NCBI GenBank assembly: GCA_964016885.1
Contig: OZ024748.1
Location: 24,490,001-24,554,000, forward strand
Length of the DNA stretch: 64,000 bases
Direction of reading: 5' to 3'
Source of the DNA: Eledone cirrhosa
Lineage: Eukaryota
In this document: positions 30,201 through 45,400 of the stretch, in pieces
How positions within the stretch are numbered: position 1 is the first letter of the stretch
Layout of the letters: each line of letters starts with the position of its first letter
Translations under genes and position numbers: made by a program
Notes under the pieces: model-generated
The model's input: the letters and a program-made list of their open reading frames with translations, nothing else
Told to the model about the DNA's origin: nothing
The model's database searches: none

Positions 30201-33200
30201 CTTGTTGTCAGTCAACTATCTACAATACTTGACTTGATCCTGGTTGCCAGTCAACTATCTACAATATTTTACTTGATCCTTGTTGTCAGTCAACTATCTA
30301 CATTACTTGACTTTCTCCTTGTTGCCAGTCAACTATCTACAATACTTGACTTGATCCTATTGTCAGTCAACTATCTACAATACTTGACTTGATGCTTGTT
30401 GTCAGTCAACTATCTACAATACTTGACTTGATCCTTGTTGTCAGTCAACTATCTACAATACTTGACTTTATCCTTGTTGCCAGTCAACTATCTACAATAC
30501 TTGACTTGATCCTTGTTGTCAGTCAACTATCTACAATACTTGACTTGATCCTGGTTGCCAGTCAACTATCTACAATACTTGACTTGATCCTTGTTGTCAG
30601 TCAACTATCTACAATACTTGACTTGATCCTGGTTGTCAGTCAACTATCTACAATACTTGACTTTATCCTTGTTTTCAGTCAACTATCTACAATAATTGAC
30701 TTGATCCTTGTTGCCAGTCAACTATCTACAATACTTGACTTGATCCTTGTTGCCAGTCAACTATTTACAATACTTGACTTGATCCTTGTTTTCAGTCAAC
30801 CATCTACAATAATTGACTTGATCCTTGTTGTTAGTCAACTATCTATAATACTTAACTTTATCCTTGTTGTCAGTCAACTATCTACAATACTTGCCTTGAT
30901 CCTTGTTGCCAGTCAACTATCTACAATAATTGACTTGATCCTTGTTGCCAGTCAACTATCTACAATACTTGACTTGATCCTTGTTGCCAGTCAACTATCA
31001 ACAATACTTGACTTGATCCTTGTTTTCAGTCAACTATCTACAATAATTGACTTGATCCTTGTTGTCCGTCAACTATCTACAATACTTAACTTTATCCTTG
31101 TTGTCAGTCAACTATCTACAATACATGACTTGATCCCTGTTGTCAGTCAACTATCTACAATACTTGACTTGATCCTTGTTGTCAGTCAACTATCTACAAT
31201 ACTTGACTTGATCCTTGTTTTCAGTCAACCATCTACAATATTTGACTTGATCCTTGTTGTCAGTCAACTATCTACAATAATTGACTTGATCCTTGTTGTC
31301 AGTCAATTATCTACAATACTTGACTTTATCCTTGTTGCCAGTCAACTATCTACAATACTTGACTTGATCCTTGTTGTCAGTCAACTATCTACAATACTTG
31401 ACTTGATCCTGGTTGCCAGTCAACTATCTACAATACTTGACTTGATCCTTGTTGTCAGTCAACTATCTACAATACTTGACTTGATCCTGGTTGTCAGTCA
31501 ACTATCTACAATACTTGACTTTATCCTTGTTTTCAGTCAACTATCTACAATAATTGACTTGATCCTTGTTGCCAGTCAACTATCTACAATACTTGACTTG
31601 ATCCTTGTTGCCAGTCAACTATTTACAATACTTGACTTGATCCTTGTTTTCAGTCAACCATCTACAATAATTGACTTGATCCTTGTTGTTAGTCAACTAT
31701 CTATAATACTTAACTTTATCCTTGTTGTCAGTCAACTATCTACAATACTTGCCTTGATCCTTGTTGCCAGTCAACTATCTACAATAATTGACTTGATCCT
31801 TGTTGCCAGTCAACTATCTACAATACTTGACTTGATCCTTGTTGCCAGTCAACTATCAACAATACTTGACTTGATCCTTGTTTTCAGTCAACTATCTACA
31901 ATAATTGACTTGATCCTTGTTGTCCGTCAACTATCTACAATACTTAACTTTATCCTTGTTGTCAGTCAACTATCTACAATACATGACTTGATCCCTGTTG
32001 TCAGTCAACTATCTACAATACTTGACTTGATCCTTGTTGTCAGTCAACTATCTACAATACTTGACTTGATCCTTGTTTTCAGTCAACCATCTACAATATT
32101 TGACTTGATCCTTGTTGTCAGTCAACTATCTACAATAATTGACTTGATCCTTGTTGTCAGTCAATTATCTACAATACTTAACTTTATCCTTGTTGTCAGT
32201 CAACTATCTACAATACTTGACTTGATCCTTGTTGCCAGTCAACTATCTACAATAATTGACTTGATCCTTGTTGCCAGTCAACTATCTACAATACTTGACT
32301 TGATCCTTGTTGTCAGTCAACTATCTACAATACTTGACTTGATCCTGGTTGCCAGTCAACTATCTACAATACTTGACTTGATCCTTGTTGTCAGTCAACT
32401 ATCTACAATACTTGACTTGATGCTGGTTGTCAGTCAACTATCTACAATACTTGACTTGATCCTTGTTGTCAGTCAACTATCTACAATACTTGACTTTATC
32501 CTTGTTGCCAGTCAACTATCTACAATACTTGACTTGATCCTTGTTGTCAGTCAACTATCTACAATACTTGACTTGATCCTGGTTGCCAGTCATCTATCTA
32601 CAATACTTGACTTGATCCTTGTTGTCAGTCAACTATTTACAATACTTGACTTGATCCTGGTTGTCAGTCAACTATCTACAATACTTGACTTGATCCTTGT
32701 TTTCAGTCAACTATCTACAATAATTGACTTAATCCTTGTTGCCAGTCAACTATCTCCAATACTTGACTTGATCCTTGTTGCCAGTCAACTATCTACAATA
32801 CTTGACTTGATCCTTGTTTTCAGTCAACCATCTACAATAATTGACTTGATCCTTGTTGTTAGTCAACTATCTACAATACTTAACTTTATCCTTGTTGTCA
32901 GTCAACTATCTACAATACTTGACTTGATCCTTGTTGCCAGTCAACTATCAACAATACTTGACTTGATCCTTGTTTTCAGTCAACTATCTACAATAATTGA
33001 CTTGATCCTTGTTGTCAGTCAACTATCTACAATACTTAACTTTATCCTTGTTGTCAGTCAACTATCTACAATACATGACTTGATCCTTGTTGTCAGTCAA
33101 CTATCTACAATACTTGACTTGATCCTTGTTGTCAGTCAACTATCTACAATACTTGACTTGATCCTTGTTTTCAGTCAACCATCTACAATAATTGACTTGA

Positions 33201-36200
33201 TCCTTGTTGTCAGTCAACTATCTACAAAAATTGACTTGATCCTTGTTGTCAGTCAACTATCTACAATACTTAACTTTATCCTTGTTGTCAGTCAACTATC
33301 TACAATACTTGCCTTGATCCTTGTTGCCAGTCAACTATCTACAATAATTGACTTGATCCTTGTTGCCAGTCAAATATCTACAATACTTGACTTGATCCTT
33401 GTTGCCTGTCAACTATCTTCAATACTTGACTTGATCCTTGTTTTCAGTCAACTATCTACAATAATTGACTTGATCCTTGGTGTCAGTCAACTATCTACAA
33501 TACTTAACTTTATCCTTGTTGTCAGTCAACTATCTACAATACTTGACTTGATCCTTGTTGTCAGTCAACTATCTACAATACTTGACTTGATCCTTGTTGC
33601 CAGTCAACTATCTACAATAATTGACTTGATCCTTGTTGTCAGTCAACTATCTACAATAATTGACTTGATCCTTGTTGTCAGTCAACTATCTACAATACTT
33701 AACTTTAACCTTGTTGTCAGTCAACTATCTACAATACTTGACTTGATCCTTGTTGCCAGTCAACTATCTACAATAATTGACTTGATCCTTGTTGCCAGTC
33801 AACTATCTACAATACTTGACTTGATCCTTGTTTTCAGTCAACTATCTACAATACTTGACTTGATCCTGGTTGCCAGTCAACTATCTACAATACTTGACTT
33901 GATCCTTGTTGTCAGTCAACTATCTACATTACTTGACTTTATCCTTGTTGCCAGTCAACTATCTACAATACTTGACTTGATCCTTGTTGCCAGTCAACTA
34001 TCTACAATAATTGACTTGATCCTTGTTGCCAGTCAACTATCTACAATACTTGACTTGATCCTTGTTGCCTGTTAACTATCTTCAATACTTGACTTGATCC
34101 TTGTTTTCAGTCAACTATCTACAATAATTGACTTGATCCTTGTTGTCAGTCAACTATCTACAATACTTAACTTTATCCTTGTTGTCAGTCAACTATCTAC
34201 AATACTTGACTTGATCCTTGTTTTCAGTCAACTATCTACAATAATTGACTTGATCCTTGTTGTCAGTCAACTATCTACAATACTTGACTTGATCCTTGTT
34301 GTCAGTCAACTATCTACAATACTTGACTTGATCCTGGTTGCCAGTCAACTATCTACAATACTTGACTTGATCCTTGTTGTCAGTCAACTATCTACAATAC
34401 TTGACTTGATCCTGGTTGCCAGTCAACAATCTACAATATTTTACTTGATCCTTGTTGTCAGTCAACTATCTACATTACTTGACTTTATCCTTGTTGCCAG
34501 TCAACTATCTACAATACTTGACTTGATCCTTGTTGTCAGTCAACTATCTACAATACTTGACTTGATCCTTGTTGCCAGTCAACTATCTACAATAATTGAC
34601 TTGATCCTTGTTGCCAGTCAACTATCTACAATACTTGACTTGATCCTTGTTTTCAGTCAACTATCTACAATACTTGACTTGATCCTGGTTGCCAGTCAAC
34701 TATCTACAATATTTTACTTGATCCTTGTTGTCAGTCAACTATCTACATTACTTGACTTTATCCTTGTTGCCAGTCAACTATCTACAATACTTGACTTGAT
34801 CCTTGTTGTCAGTCAACTATCTACAATACTTGACTTGATCCTGGTTGCCAGTCAACTATCTACAATACTTGACTTGATCCTTGTTGTCAGTCAACTATCT
34901 ACAATACTTGACTTGATGCTGGTTGTCAGTCAACTATCTACAATACTTGACTTGATCCTTGTTGTCAGTCAACCATCTACAATAATTGACTTGATCCTTG
35001 TTGTCAGTCAACTATCTACAAAAATTGACTTGATCCTTGTTGTCAGTCAACTATCTACAATACTTAACTTTATCCTTGTTGTCAGTCAACTATCTACAAT
35101 ACTTGACTTGATCCTTGTTGCCAGTCAACTATCTACAATAATTGACTTGATCCTTGTTGCCAGTCAACTATCTACAATACTTGACTTGATCCTTGTTGCC
35201 TGTCAACTATCTACAATACTTGACTTGATCCTTGTTGCCAGTCAACTATCTACAATAATTGACTTGATCCTTGTTGCCAGTCAACTATCTACATTACTTG
35301 ACTTTATCCTTGTTGCCAGTCAACTATCTACAATACTTGACTTGATCCTTGTTGTCAGTCAACTATCTACAATACTTGACTTGATCCTGGTTGCCAGTCA
35401 ACTATCTACAATACTTGACTTGATCCTTGTTGTCAGTCAACTATCTACAATACTTGACTTTATCCTTGTTGCCAGTCAACTATCTACAATACTTGACTTG
35501 ATCCTTGTTGTCAGTCAACTATCTACAATACTTGTTCTTGATCCTGGTTGTCAGTCAACTATCTACAATACTTGACTTGATCCTTGTTGCCAGTCAACTA
35601 TCTACAATAATTGACTTGATCCTTGTTGCCCGTCAACTATCTACAATACTTGACTTGATCCTTGTTGCCTGTCAACTATCTACAATACTTGACTTGATCC
35701 TTGTTTTCAGTCAACCATCTACAATAATTGACTTGATCCTTGTTGTCAGTCAACTATCTACAAAAATTGACTTGATCCTTGTTGTCAGTCAACTATCTAC
35801 AATACTTAACTTTATCCTTGTTGTCAGTCAACTATCTACAATACTTGACTTGATCCTTGTTGTCAGTCAACTATCTACAATAATTGACTTGATCCTTGTT
35901 GTCAGTCAACTATCTACAATACTTAACTTTAACCTTGTTGTCAGTCAACTATCTACAATACTTGACTTGATCCTTGTTGCCAGTCAACTATCTACAATAA
36001 TTGACTTGATCCTTGTTGCCAGTCAACTATCTACAATACTTGACTTGATCCTTGTTTTCAGTCAACTATCTACAATACTTGACTTGATCCTGGTTGCCAG
36101 TCAACTATCTACAATATTTTACTTGATCCTTGTTGTCAGTCAACTATCTACATTACTTGACTTTATCCTTGTTGCCAGTCAACTATCTACAATACTTGAC

Positions 36201-39200
36201 TTGATCCTTGTTGTCAGTCAACTATCTACAATACTTGACTTGATGCTGGTTGTCAGTCAACTATCTACAATACTTGACTTGATCCTTGTTGTCAGTCAAC
36301 CATCTACAATAATTGACTTGATCCTTGTTGTCAGTCAACTATCTACAAAAATTGACTTGATCCTTGTTGTCAGTCAACTATCTACAATACTTAACTTTAT
36401 CCTTGTTGTCAGTCAACTATCTACAATAATTGAGTTGATCCTTGTTGCCAGTCAACTATCTACATTACTTGACTTTATCCTTGTTGCCAGTCAACTATCT
36501 ACAATACTTGACTTGATCCTTGTTGTCAGTCAACTATCTACAATACTTGACTTGATCCTGGTTGCCAGTCAACTATCTACAATACTTGACTTGATCCTTG
36601 TTGTCAGTCAACTATCTACAATACTTGACTTTATCCTTGTTGCCAGTCAACTATCTACAATACTTGACTTGATCCTTGTTGTCAGTCAACTATCTACAAT
36701 ACTTGTTCTTGATCCTGGTTGTCAGTCAACTATCTACAATACTTGACTTGATCCTTGTTGCCAGTCAACTATCTACAATAATTGACTTGATCCTTGTTGC
36801 CAGCCAACTATCTACAATACTTGACTTGATCCTTGTTGCCTGTTAACTATCTTCAATACTTGACTTGATCCTTGTTTTCAGTCAACTATCTACAATAATT
36901 GACTTGATCCTTGTTGTCAGTCAACTATCTACAATACTTAACTTTATCCTTGTTGTCAGTCAACTATCTACAATACTTGACTTGATCCTTGTTTTCAGTC
37001 AACTATCTACAATAATTGACTTGATCCTTGTTGTCAGTCAACTATCTACAATACTTGACTTGATCCTTGTTGTCAGTCAACTATCTACAATACTTGACTT
37101 GATCCTGGTTGCCAGTCAGCTATCTACAATACTTGACTTGATCCTTGTTGTCAGTCAACTATCTACAATACTTGACTTGATCCTGGTTGCCAGTCAACAA
37201 TCTACAATATTTTACTTGATCCTTGTTGTCAGTCAACTATCTACATTACTTGACTTTATCCTTGTTGCCAGTCAACTATCTACAATACTTGACTTGAACC
37301 TTGTTGTCAGTCAACTATCTACAATACTTGACTTGATCCTGGTTGCCACTCAACTATCTACAATACTTGACTTGATCCTTGTTGTCAGTCAACTATCTAC
37401 AATACTTGACTTGATGCTGGTTGTCAGTCAACTATCTACAATACTTGACTTGATCCTTGTTGTCAGTCAACTATCTACAATACTTGACTTTATCCTTGTT
37501 GCCAGTCAACTATCTACAATACTTGACTTGATCCTTGTTGTCAGTCAACTATCTACAATACTTGACTTGATCCTGGTTGCCAGTCAACTATCTACAATAC
37601 TTGACTTGATCCTTGTTGTCAGTCAACTATCTACAATACTTGACTTGATCCTGGTTGTCAGTCAACTATCTACAATACTTGACTTGATCCTTGTTTTCAG
37701 TCAACTATCTACAATAATTGACTTAATCCTTGTTGCCAGTCAACTATCTCCAATACTTGACTTGATCCTTGTTGCCAGTCAACTATCTACAATACTTGAC
37801 TTGATCTTTGTTTTCAGTCAACCATCTACAATAATTGACTTGATCCTTGTTGTTAGTCAACTATCTACAATACTTAACTTTATCCTTGTTGTCAGTCAAC
37901 TATCTACAATACTTGACTTGATCCTTGTTGTCAGTCAACTATCTACAATACTTGACTTGATCCTTGTTGTCAGTCAACTATCTACAATACTTGACTTGAT
38001 CCTTGTTGTCAGTCAACTATCTACAATACTTGACTTGATCCTTGTTGTCAGTCAACTATCTACAATAATTGTCTTGATCCTTGTTGTCAGTCAACTATCT
38101 ACAATACTTGACTTGATCCTTGTTGTCAGTCAACTATCTACAATACATGACTTGATACTTGTTGTCAGTCAACTATCTACAACACTTGACTTGATCCTTT
38201 TTGTCAGTCAACTATCTACAATACTTGACTTGATCCTTGTTGTCAGTCAACTATCTACAATACTTGACTTGATCCTTGTTGTCAGTCAACTATCTACAAT
38301 ACTTGACTTGATCCTTGTTGTCAGTCAACTATCTACAATACTTGACTTGATCCTTGTTGTCAGTCAACTATCTACAATACTTGACTTGATCCTTGTTGTC
38401 AGTCAACTATCTACAATACTTAACTTTATCCTTGTTGTCAGTCAACTATCTACAATAATTGACTTGATCCTTGTTGCCATTCAACTATCTACAATACTTG
38501 ACTTGATCCTTGTTGTCAGTCAACTATCTATAATACTTGACTTGATCCTTGTTATCAGTCAACTATCTACAATACTTGACTTGATCCTTGTTTTCAGTCA
38601 ACTATCTATAATACTTGACTTAATCCTTGTTGTCAGTCAACTATCTAAATACTTGACTTTATCCTTGTTGCCAGTCAACTATCTACAATACTTGACCTGA
38701 TCCTTGTTGCCAGTCAACTATCTACAATACTTGACTTGATCCTTGTTGTCAGTCAACTGTCTACAATAATTGACTTGATCCTTGTTGTCAGTCAACTATC
38801 TATAATACTTGACTTGATCCTTGTTGTCAGTCAACTATCTACAATAATTGACTTGATCCTTGTTGTCAGTCAACTATCTACAATACTTGACTTGATCCTT
38901 GTTGCCAGTCAACTATCTACAATACTTGACTTGATCCTTGTTGTCAGTCAACTATCTATAATACTTGACTTGATCCTTGTTGTCAGTCCACTATCTACAA
39001 TACTTGACTTTATCCTTGTTGCCAGTCAACTATCTACAATACTTGACTTGATCCTTGTTGCCAGTCAACTATCTACAATACTTGACTTGATCCTTGTTGT
39101 CAGTCAACTATCTACAATAATTGACTTGATCCTTGTTGTCAGTCAACTATCTTTAATACTTGACTTGATCCTTGTTGTCAGTCAACTATCTACAATACTT

Positions 39201-42200
39201 AACTTTATCCTTGTTGTCAGTCAACTATCTACAATAATTGACTTGATCCTTGTTGCCAGTCAACTATCTACAATACTTGACTTGATCCTTGTTGCCAGTC
39301 AACTATCTACAATACTTGACTTGATCCTTGTTGTCAGTCAACTATCTACAATAATTGACTTGATCCTTGTTGTCAGTCAACTATCTACAATAATTGACTT
39401 GATCCTTGTTGCCAGTCAACTATCTACAATACTTGACTTGATCCTTGTTGTCAGTCAACTATCTACAATACTTGACTTGATCCTTGTTGTCAGTCAACTA
39501 TCTACAATACTTGACTTGATCCTTGTTGTCAGTCAACTATCTACAATACTTGACTTTATCCTTGTTGTCAGTCAACTATCTACAATACTTGACTTGATCC
39601 TTGTTGTCAGTCAACTATCTACAATACTTAACTTGATCCTTGTTGCCAGTCAACTATCTACAATACTTGACTTGATCCTTGTTGTCAGTCAACTATCTAC
39701 AATACTTGACTTGATCCTTGTTGTCAGTCAACTATCTACAATACTTGACTTGATCCTTAGTGGTCAGTCAACTATCTACAATAATTGTCTTGATCCTTGT
39801 GGTCAGTCAACTATCTACAATATTTGACTTGATCCTTGTTGTCAGTCAACTATCTACAATACTTGACTTGGTCCTTGTTGTCAGTCAACTATCTACAACA
39901 CTTGACTTGATCCTTGTTGTCAGTCAACTATCTACAATACTTGACTTGATCCTTGTTGTCAGTCAACTGTCTACAATACTTGACTTGATCCTTGTTGTCA
40001 GTCAACTATCTACAATACTTAACTTGAACCTTGTTGTCAGTCAACTATCTACAATAATTGACTTGATCCTTGTTGTCAGTCAACTATCTACAATAATTGA
40101 CTTGATCCTTGTTGTCAGTCAACTATCTACAATACTTGACTTTATCCTTGTTGTCAGTCAACTATCTACAATACTTGACTTGATCCTTATTGTCAGTCAA
40201 CTATCTACAATACTTGACTTTGTCCTTGTTGTCAGTCAACTATCTACAATACTTGACTTGAACCTTGTTGTCAGTCAACTATCTACAATAATTGACTTGA
40301 TCCTTGTTGTCAGTCAACTATCTACAATACTTGACTTTATCCTTGTTGTCAGTCAACTATCTACAATACAAGACTTGATCCTTGTTGTCAGTTAACTATC
40401 TACAATACTTGACTTGATCCTTGTTGTCAGTCAACTATCTACAATACTTGACTTTATCCTTGTTGTCAGTCAACTATCTACAATATTTGACTTTATCCTT
40501 GTTGTCAGTCAACTATCTACAATAATTGACTTGATCCTTGTTGTCAGTCAACTATCTACAATACTTGACTTGATCCTTGTTGTCAGTCAACTATCTACAA
40601 TAATTGACTTGATCCTTGTTGTCAGTCAACTATCTACAATACTTGACTTGATCCTTGTTGTCAGTCAACTATGTACAATAATTGACTTGATCCTTGTTGT
40701 CAGTCAACTATCTTTAATACTTGACTTGATCCTTGTTGTCAGTCAACTATCTACAATACTTGACTTGATCCTTGTTGTCAGTCAACTATCTACAATAATT
40801 GTATTGATCCTTGTTGTCAGTCAACTATCTACAATACTTGACTTGATCCTTGTTGCCAGTCAACTATCTACAATACTTGACTTGATCCTTGTTGTCAGTC
40901 AACTATCTACAATAATTGACTTGATCCTTGTTGTCAGTCAACTATCTACAATAATTGACTTGATCCTTGTTGCCAGTCAACTATCTACAATACTTGACTT
41001 GATCCTTGTTGTCAGTCAACTATCTACAATACTTGACTTGATCCTTGTTGTCAGTCAACTATCTACAATACTTGACTTGATCCTTGTTGTCAGTCAACTG
41101 TCTACAATACTTGACTTTATCCTTGTTGTCAGTCAACTATCTACAATACTTGACTTGATCCTTGTTGTCAGTCAACTATCTACAATACTTAACTTGATCC
41201 TTGTTGCCAGTCAACTATCTACAATACTTGACTTGATCCTTGTTGTCAGTCAACTATCTACAATACTTGACTTGATCCTTGTTGTCAGTCAACTATCTAC
41301 AATACTTGACTTGATCCTTGTGGTCAGTCAACTATCTACAATAATTGTCTTGATCCTTGTGGTCAGTCAACTATCTACAATACTTGACTTGATCCTTGTT
41401 GTCAGTCAACTATCTACAATACTTGACTTGGTCCTTGTTGTCAGTCAACTATCTACAACACTTGACTTGATCCTTGTTGTCAGTCAACTATCTACAATAC
41501 TTGACTTGATCCTTGTTGTCAGTCAACTATCTACAATACTTGACTTGATCCTTGTTGTCAGTCAACTATCTACAATACTTAACTTGAACCTTGTTGTCAG
41601 TCAACTATCTACAATAATTGACTTGATCCTTGTTGTCAGTCAACTATCTACAATAATTGACTTGATCCTTGTTGTCAGTCAACTATCTACAATACTTGAC
41701 TTTATCCTTGTTGTCAGTCAACTATCTACAATACTTGAGTTGATCCTTATTGTCAGTCAACTATCTACAATACTTGACTTGATCCTTGTTGTCAGTCAAC
41801 TATCTACAATACTTGACTTGAACCTTGTTGTCAGTCAACTATCTACAATAATTGACTTGATCCTTGTTGTCAGTCAACTATCTACAATACTTGACTTTAT
41901 CCTTGTTGTCAGTCAACTATCTACAATAATTGACTTGATCCTTGTTGTCAGTCAACTATCTACAATACTTGACTTGATCCTTGTTGTCAGTCAACTATCT
42001 ACAATACTAGACTTGATCCTTGTTGTCAGTCAACTATCTACAATACTTGACTTGATCCTTGTTGTCAGTCAACTATCTACAATACTTGACTTTATCCTTG
42101 TTGTCAGTCAACTATCTACAATACTTGACTTTATCCTTGTTGTCAGTCAACTATCTACAATAATTGACTTGATCCTTGTTGTCTGTCAACTATCTACAAT

Positions 42201-42470
42201 ACTTGACTTGATCCTTGTTGTCAGTCAACTATCTACAATAATTGACTTGATCCTTGTTGTCAGTCAACTATCTACAATACTTGACTTGATCCTTGTTGTC
42301 AGTCAACTATGTACAATAATTGACTTGATCCTTGTTGTCAGTCAACTATCTTTAATACTTGACTTGATCCTTGTTGTCAGTCAACTATCTACAATACTTA
42401 ACTTTATCCTTGTTGTCAGTCAACTATCTACAATAATTGACTTGATCCTTGTTGCCAGTCAACTATCTAC
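9270..42470. repeat. Large tandem duplication of satellite block (~9270-27170 and ~27171-42470)
   Basis: The same order of rare variants and ORF breaks recurs. GACTTTTCC at 9680/10381 recurs at 27581/28282 (offset 17901). ORF starts 17675/34094 and 20563/36865, and ORF ends 25242/39827, also correspond. Confidence 0.85.
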
Positions 42471-45400
42471 AATACTTGACTTGATCCTTGTTGCCAGTCA
42501 ACTATCTACAATACTTGACTTGATCCTTGTTGTCAGTCAACTATCTACAATAATTGACTTGATCCTTGTTGTCAGTCAACTATCTACAATACTTGACTTG
42601 ATCCTTGTTGTCAGTCAACTATCTACAATACTTGACTTTATCCTTGTTGTCAGTCAACTATCTACAATACTTGACTTGATCCTTGTTGTCAGTCAACTAT
42701 CTACAATACTTGACTTGATCCTTGTTGCCAGTCAACTATCTACAATACTTGACTTGATCCTTGTGGTCAGTCAACTATCTAAAATACTTGACTTGATCCT
42801 TGTTGTCAGTCAACTATCTACAATACTTGACTTGGTCCTTGTTGTCAGTCAACTATCTACAACACTTGACTTGATCCTTGTTGTCAGTCAACTATCTACA
42901 ATACTTGACTTGATCCTTGTTGTCAGTCAACTATCTACAATACTTGACTTGATCCTTGTCAGTCAACTATCTACAATAATTGACTTGATCCTTGTTGTCA
43001 GTCAACTATCTACAATACTTGACTTTATCCTTGTTGTCAGTCAACTATCTACAATACTTGACTTGATCCTTGTAGTCAGTCAACTATCTACAATACTTGA
43101 CTTTATCCTTGTTGTCAGTCAACTATCTACAATACTTGACTTGAACCTTGTTGTCAGTCAACTATCTACAATAATTGACTTGATCCTTGTTGTCAGTCAA
43201 CTATCTACAATACTTGACTTTATCCTTGTTGTCAGTCAACTATCTACAATAATTGACTTGATCCTTGTTGTCAGTCAACTATCTACAATACTTGACTTGA
43301 TTCTTGTTGTCAGTCAACTATCTACAATACTTGACTTGATCCTTGTTGTCAGTCAACTATCTACAATACTTGACTTGATCCTTGTTGTCAGTCAACTATC
43401 TACAATACTTGACTTTATCCTTGTTGTCAGTCAACTATCTACAATACTTGACTTTATCCTTGTTGTCAGTCAACTATCTACAATAATTGATTTGATCCTT
43501 GTTGTCAGTCAACTATCTACAATACTTGACTTGATCCTTGTTGTCAGTCAACTATCTACAATACTTAACTTGAACCTTGTTGTCAGTCAACTATCTACAA
43601 TAATTGACTTGATCCTTGTTGTCAGTCAACTATCTACAATAATTGACTTGATCCTTGTTGTCAGTCAACTATCTACAATACTTGACTTTATCCTTGTTGT
43701 CAGTCAACTATCTACAATACTTGACTTGATCCTTATTGTCAGTCAACTATCTACAATACTTGACTTTATCCTTGTTGTCAGTCAACTATCTACAATACTT
43801 GACTTGAACCTTGTTGTCAGTCAACTATCTACAATAATTGACTTGATCCTTGTTGTCAGTCAACTATCTACAATACTTGACTTTATCCTTGTTGTCAGTC
43901 AACTATCTACAATAATTGACTTGATCCTTGTTGTCAGTCAACTATCTACAATACTTGACTTGATCCTTGTTGTCAGTCAACTATCTACAATACTAGACTT
44001 GATCCTTGTTGTCAGTCAACTATCTACAATACTTGACTTGATCCTTGTTGTCAGTCAACTATCTACAATACTTGACTTTATCCTTCTTGTCAGTCAACTA
44101 TCTACAATACTTGACTTTATCCTTGTTGTCAGTCAACTATCTACAATAATTGACTTGATCCTTGTTGTCAGTCAACTATCTACAATACTTGACTTGATCC
44201 TTGTTGTCAGTCAACTATCTACAATAATTGACTTGATCCTTGTTGTCAGTCAACTATCTACAATACTTGACTTGATCCTTGTTGTCAGTCAACTATGTAC
44301 AATAATTGACTTGATTCTTGTTGTCAGTCAACTATCTTTAATACTTGACTTGATCCTTGTTGTCAGTCAACTATCTACAATACTTAACTTTATCCTTGTT
44401 GTCAGTCAACTATCTACAATAATTGACTTGATCCTTGTTGTCAGTCAACTATCTACAATACTTGACTTGATCCTTGTTGTCAGTCAACTATCTACAATAC
44501 TTGACTTTATCCTTGTTGTCAGTCAACTATCTACAATACTTGACTTGATCCTTGTTGTCAGTCAACTATCTACAATACTTGACTTGATCCTTGTTGTCAG
44601 TCAACTATCTACAATACTTGACTTTATCCTTGTTGTCAGTCAACTATCTACAATAATTGACTTGATCCTTGTTGTCAGTCAACTATCTACAATAATTGAC
44701 TTGATCCTTGTTGCCAGTCAACTATCTACAATACTTGACTTGATCCTTGTTGTCAGTCAACTATCTACAATACTTGACTTGATCCTTGTTGTCAGTCAAC
44801 TATCTACAATACTTGACTTGATCCTTGTTGTCAGTCAACTATCTACAATACTTGACTTTATCCTTGTTGTCAGTCAACTATCTACAATACTTGACTTGAT
44901 CCTTGTTGTCAGTCAACTATCTACAATACTTAACTTGATCCTTGTTGCCAGTCAACTATCTACAATACTTGACTTGATCCTTGTTGTCAGTCAACTATCT
45001 ACAATACTTGACTTGATCCTTGTTGTCAGTCAACTATCTACAATACTTGACTTGATCCTTAGTGGTCAGTCAACTATCTACAATAATTGTCTTGATCCTT
45101 GTGGTCAGTCAACTATCTACAATATTTGACTTGATCCTTGTTGTCAGTCAACTATCTACAATACTTGACTTGGTCCTTGTTGTCAGTCAACTATCTACAA
45201 CACTTGACTTGATCCTTGTTGTCAGTCAACTATCTACAATACTTGACTTGATCCTTGTTGTCAGTCAACTGTCTACAATACTTGACTTGATCCTTGTTGT
45301 CAGTCAACTATCTACAATACTTAACTTGAACCTTGTTGTCAGTCAACTATCTACAATAATTGACTTGATCCTTGTTGTCAGTCAACTATCTACAATAATT

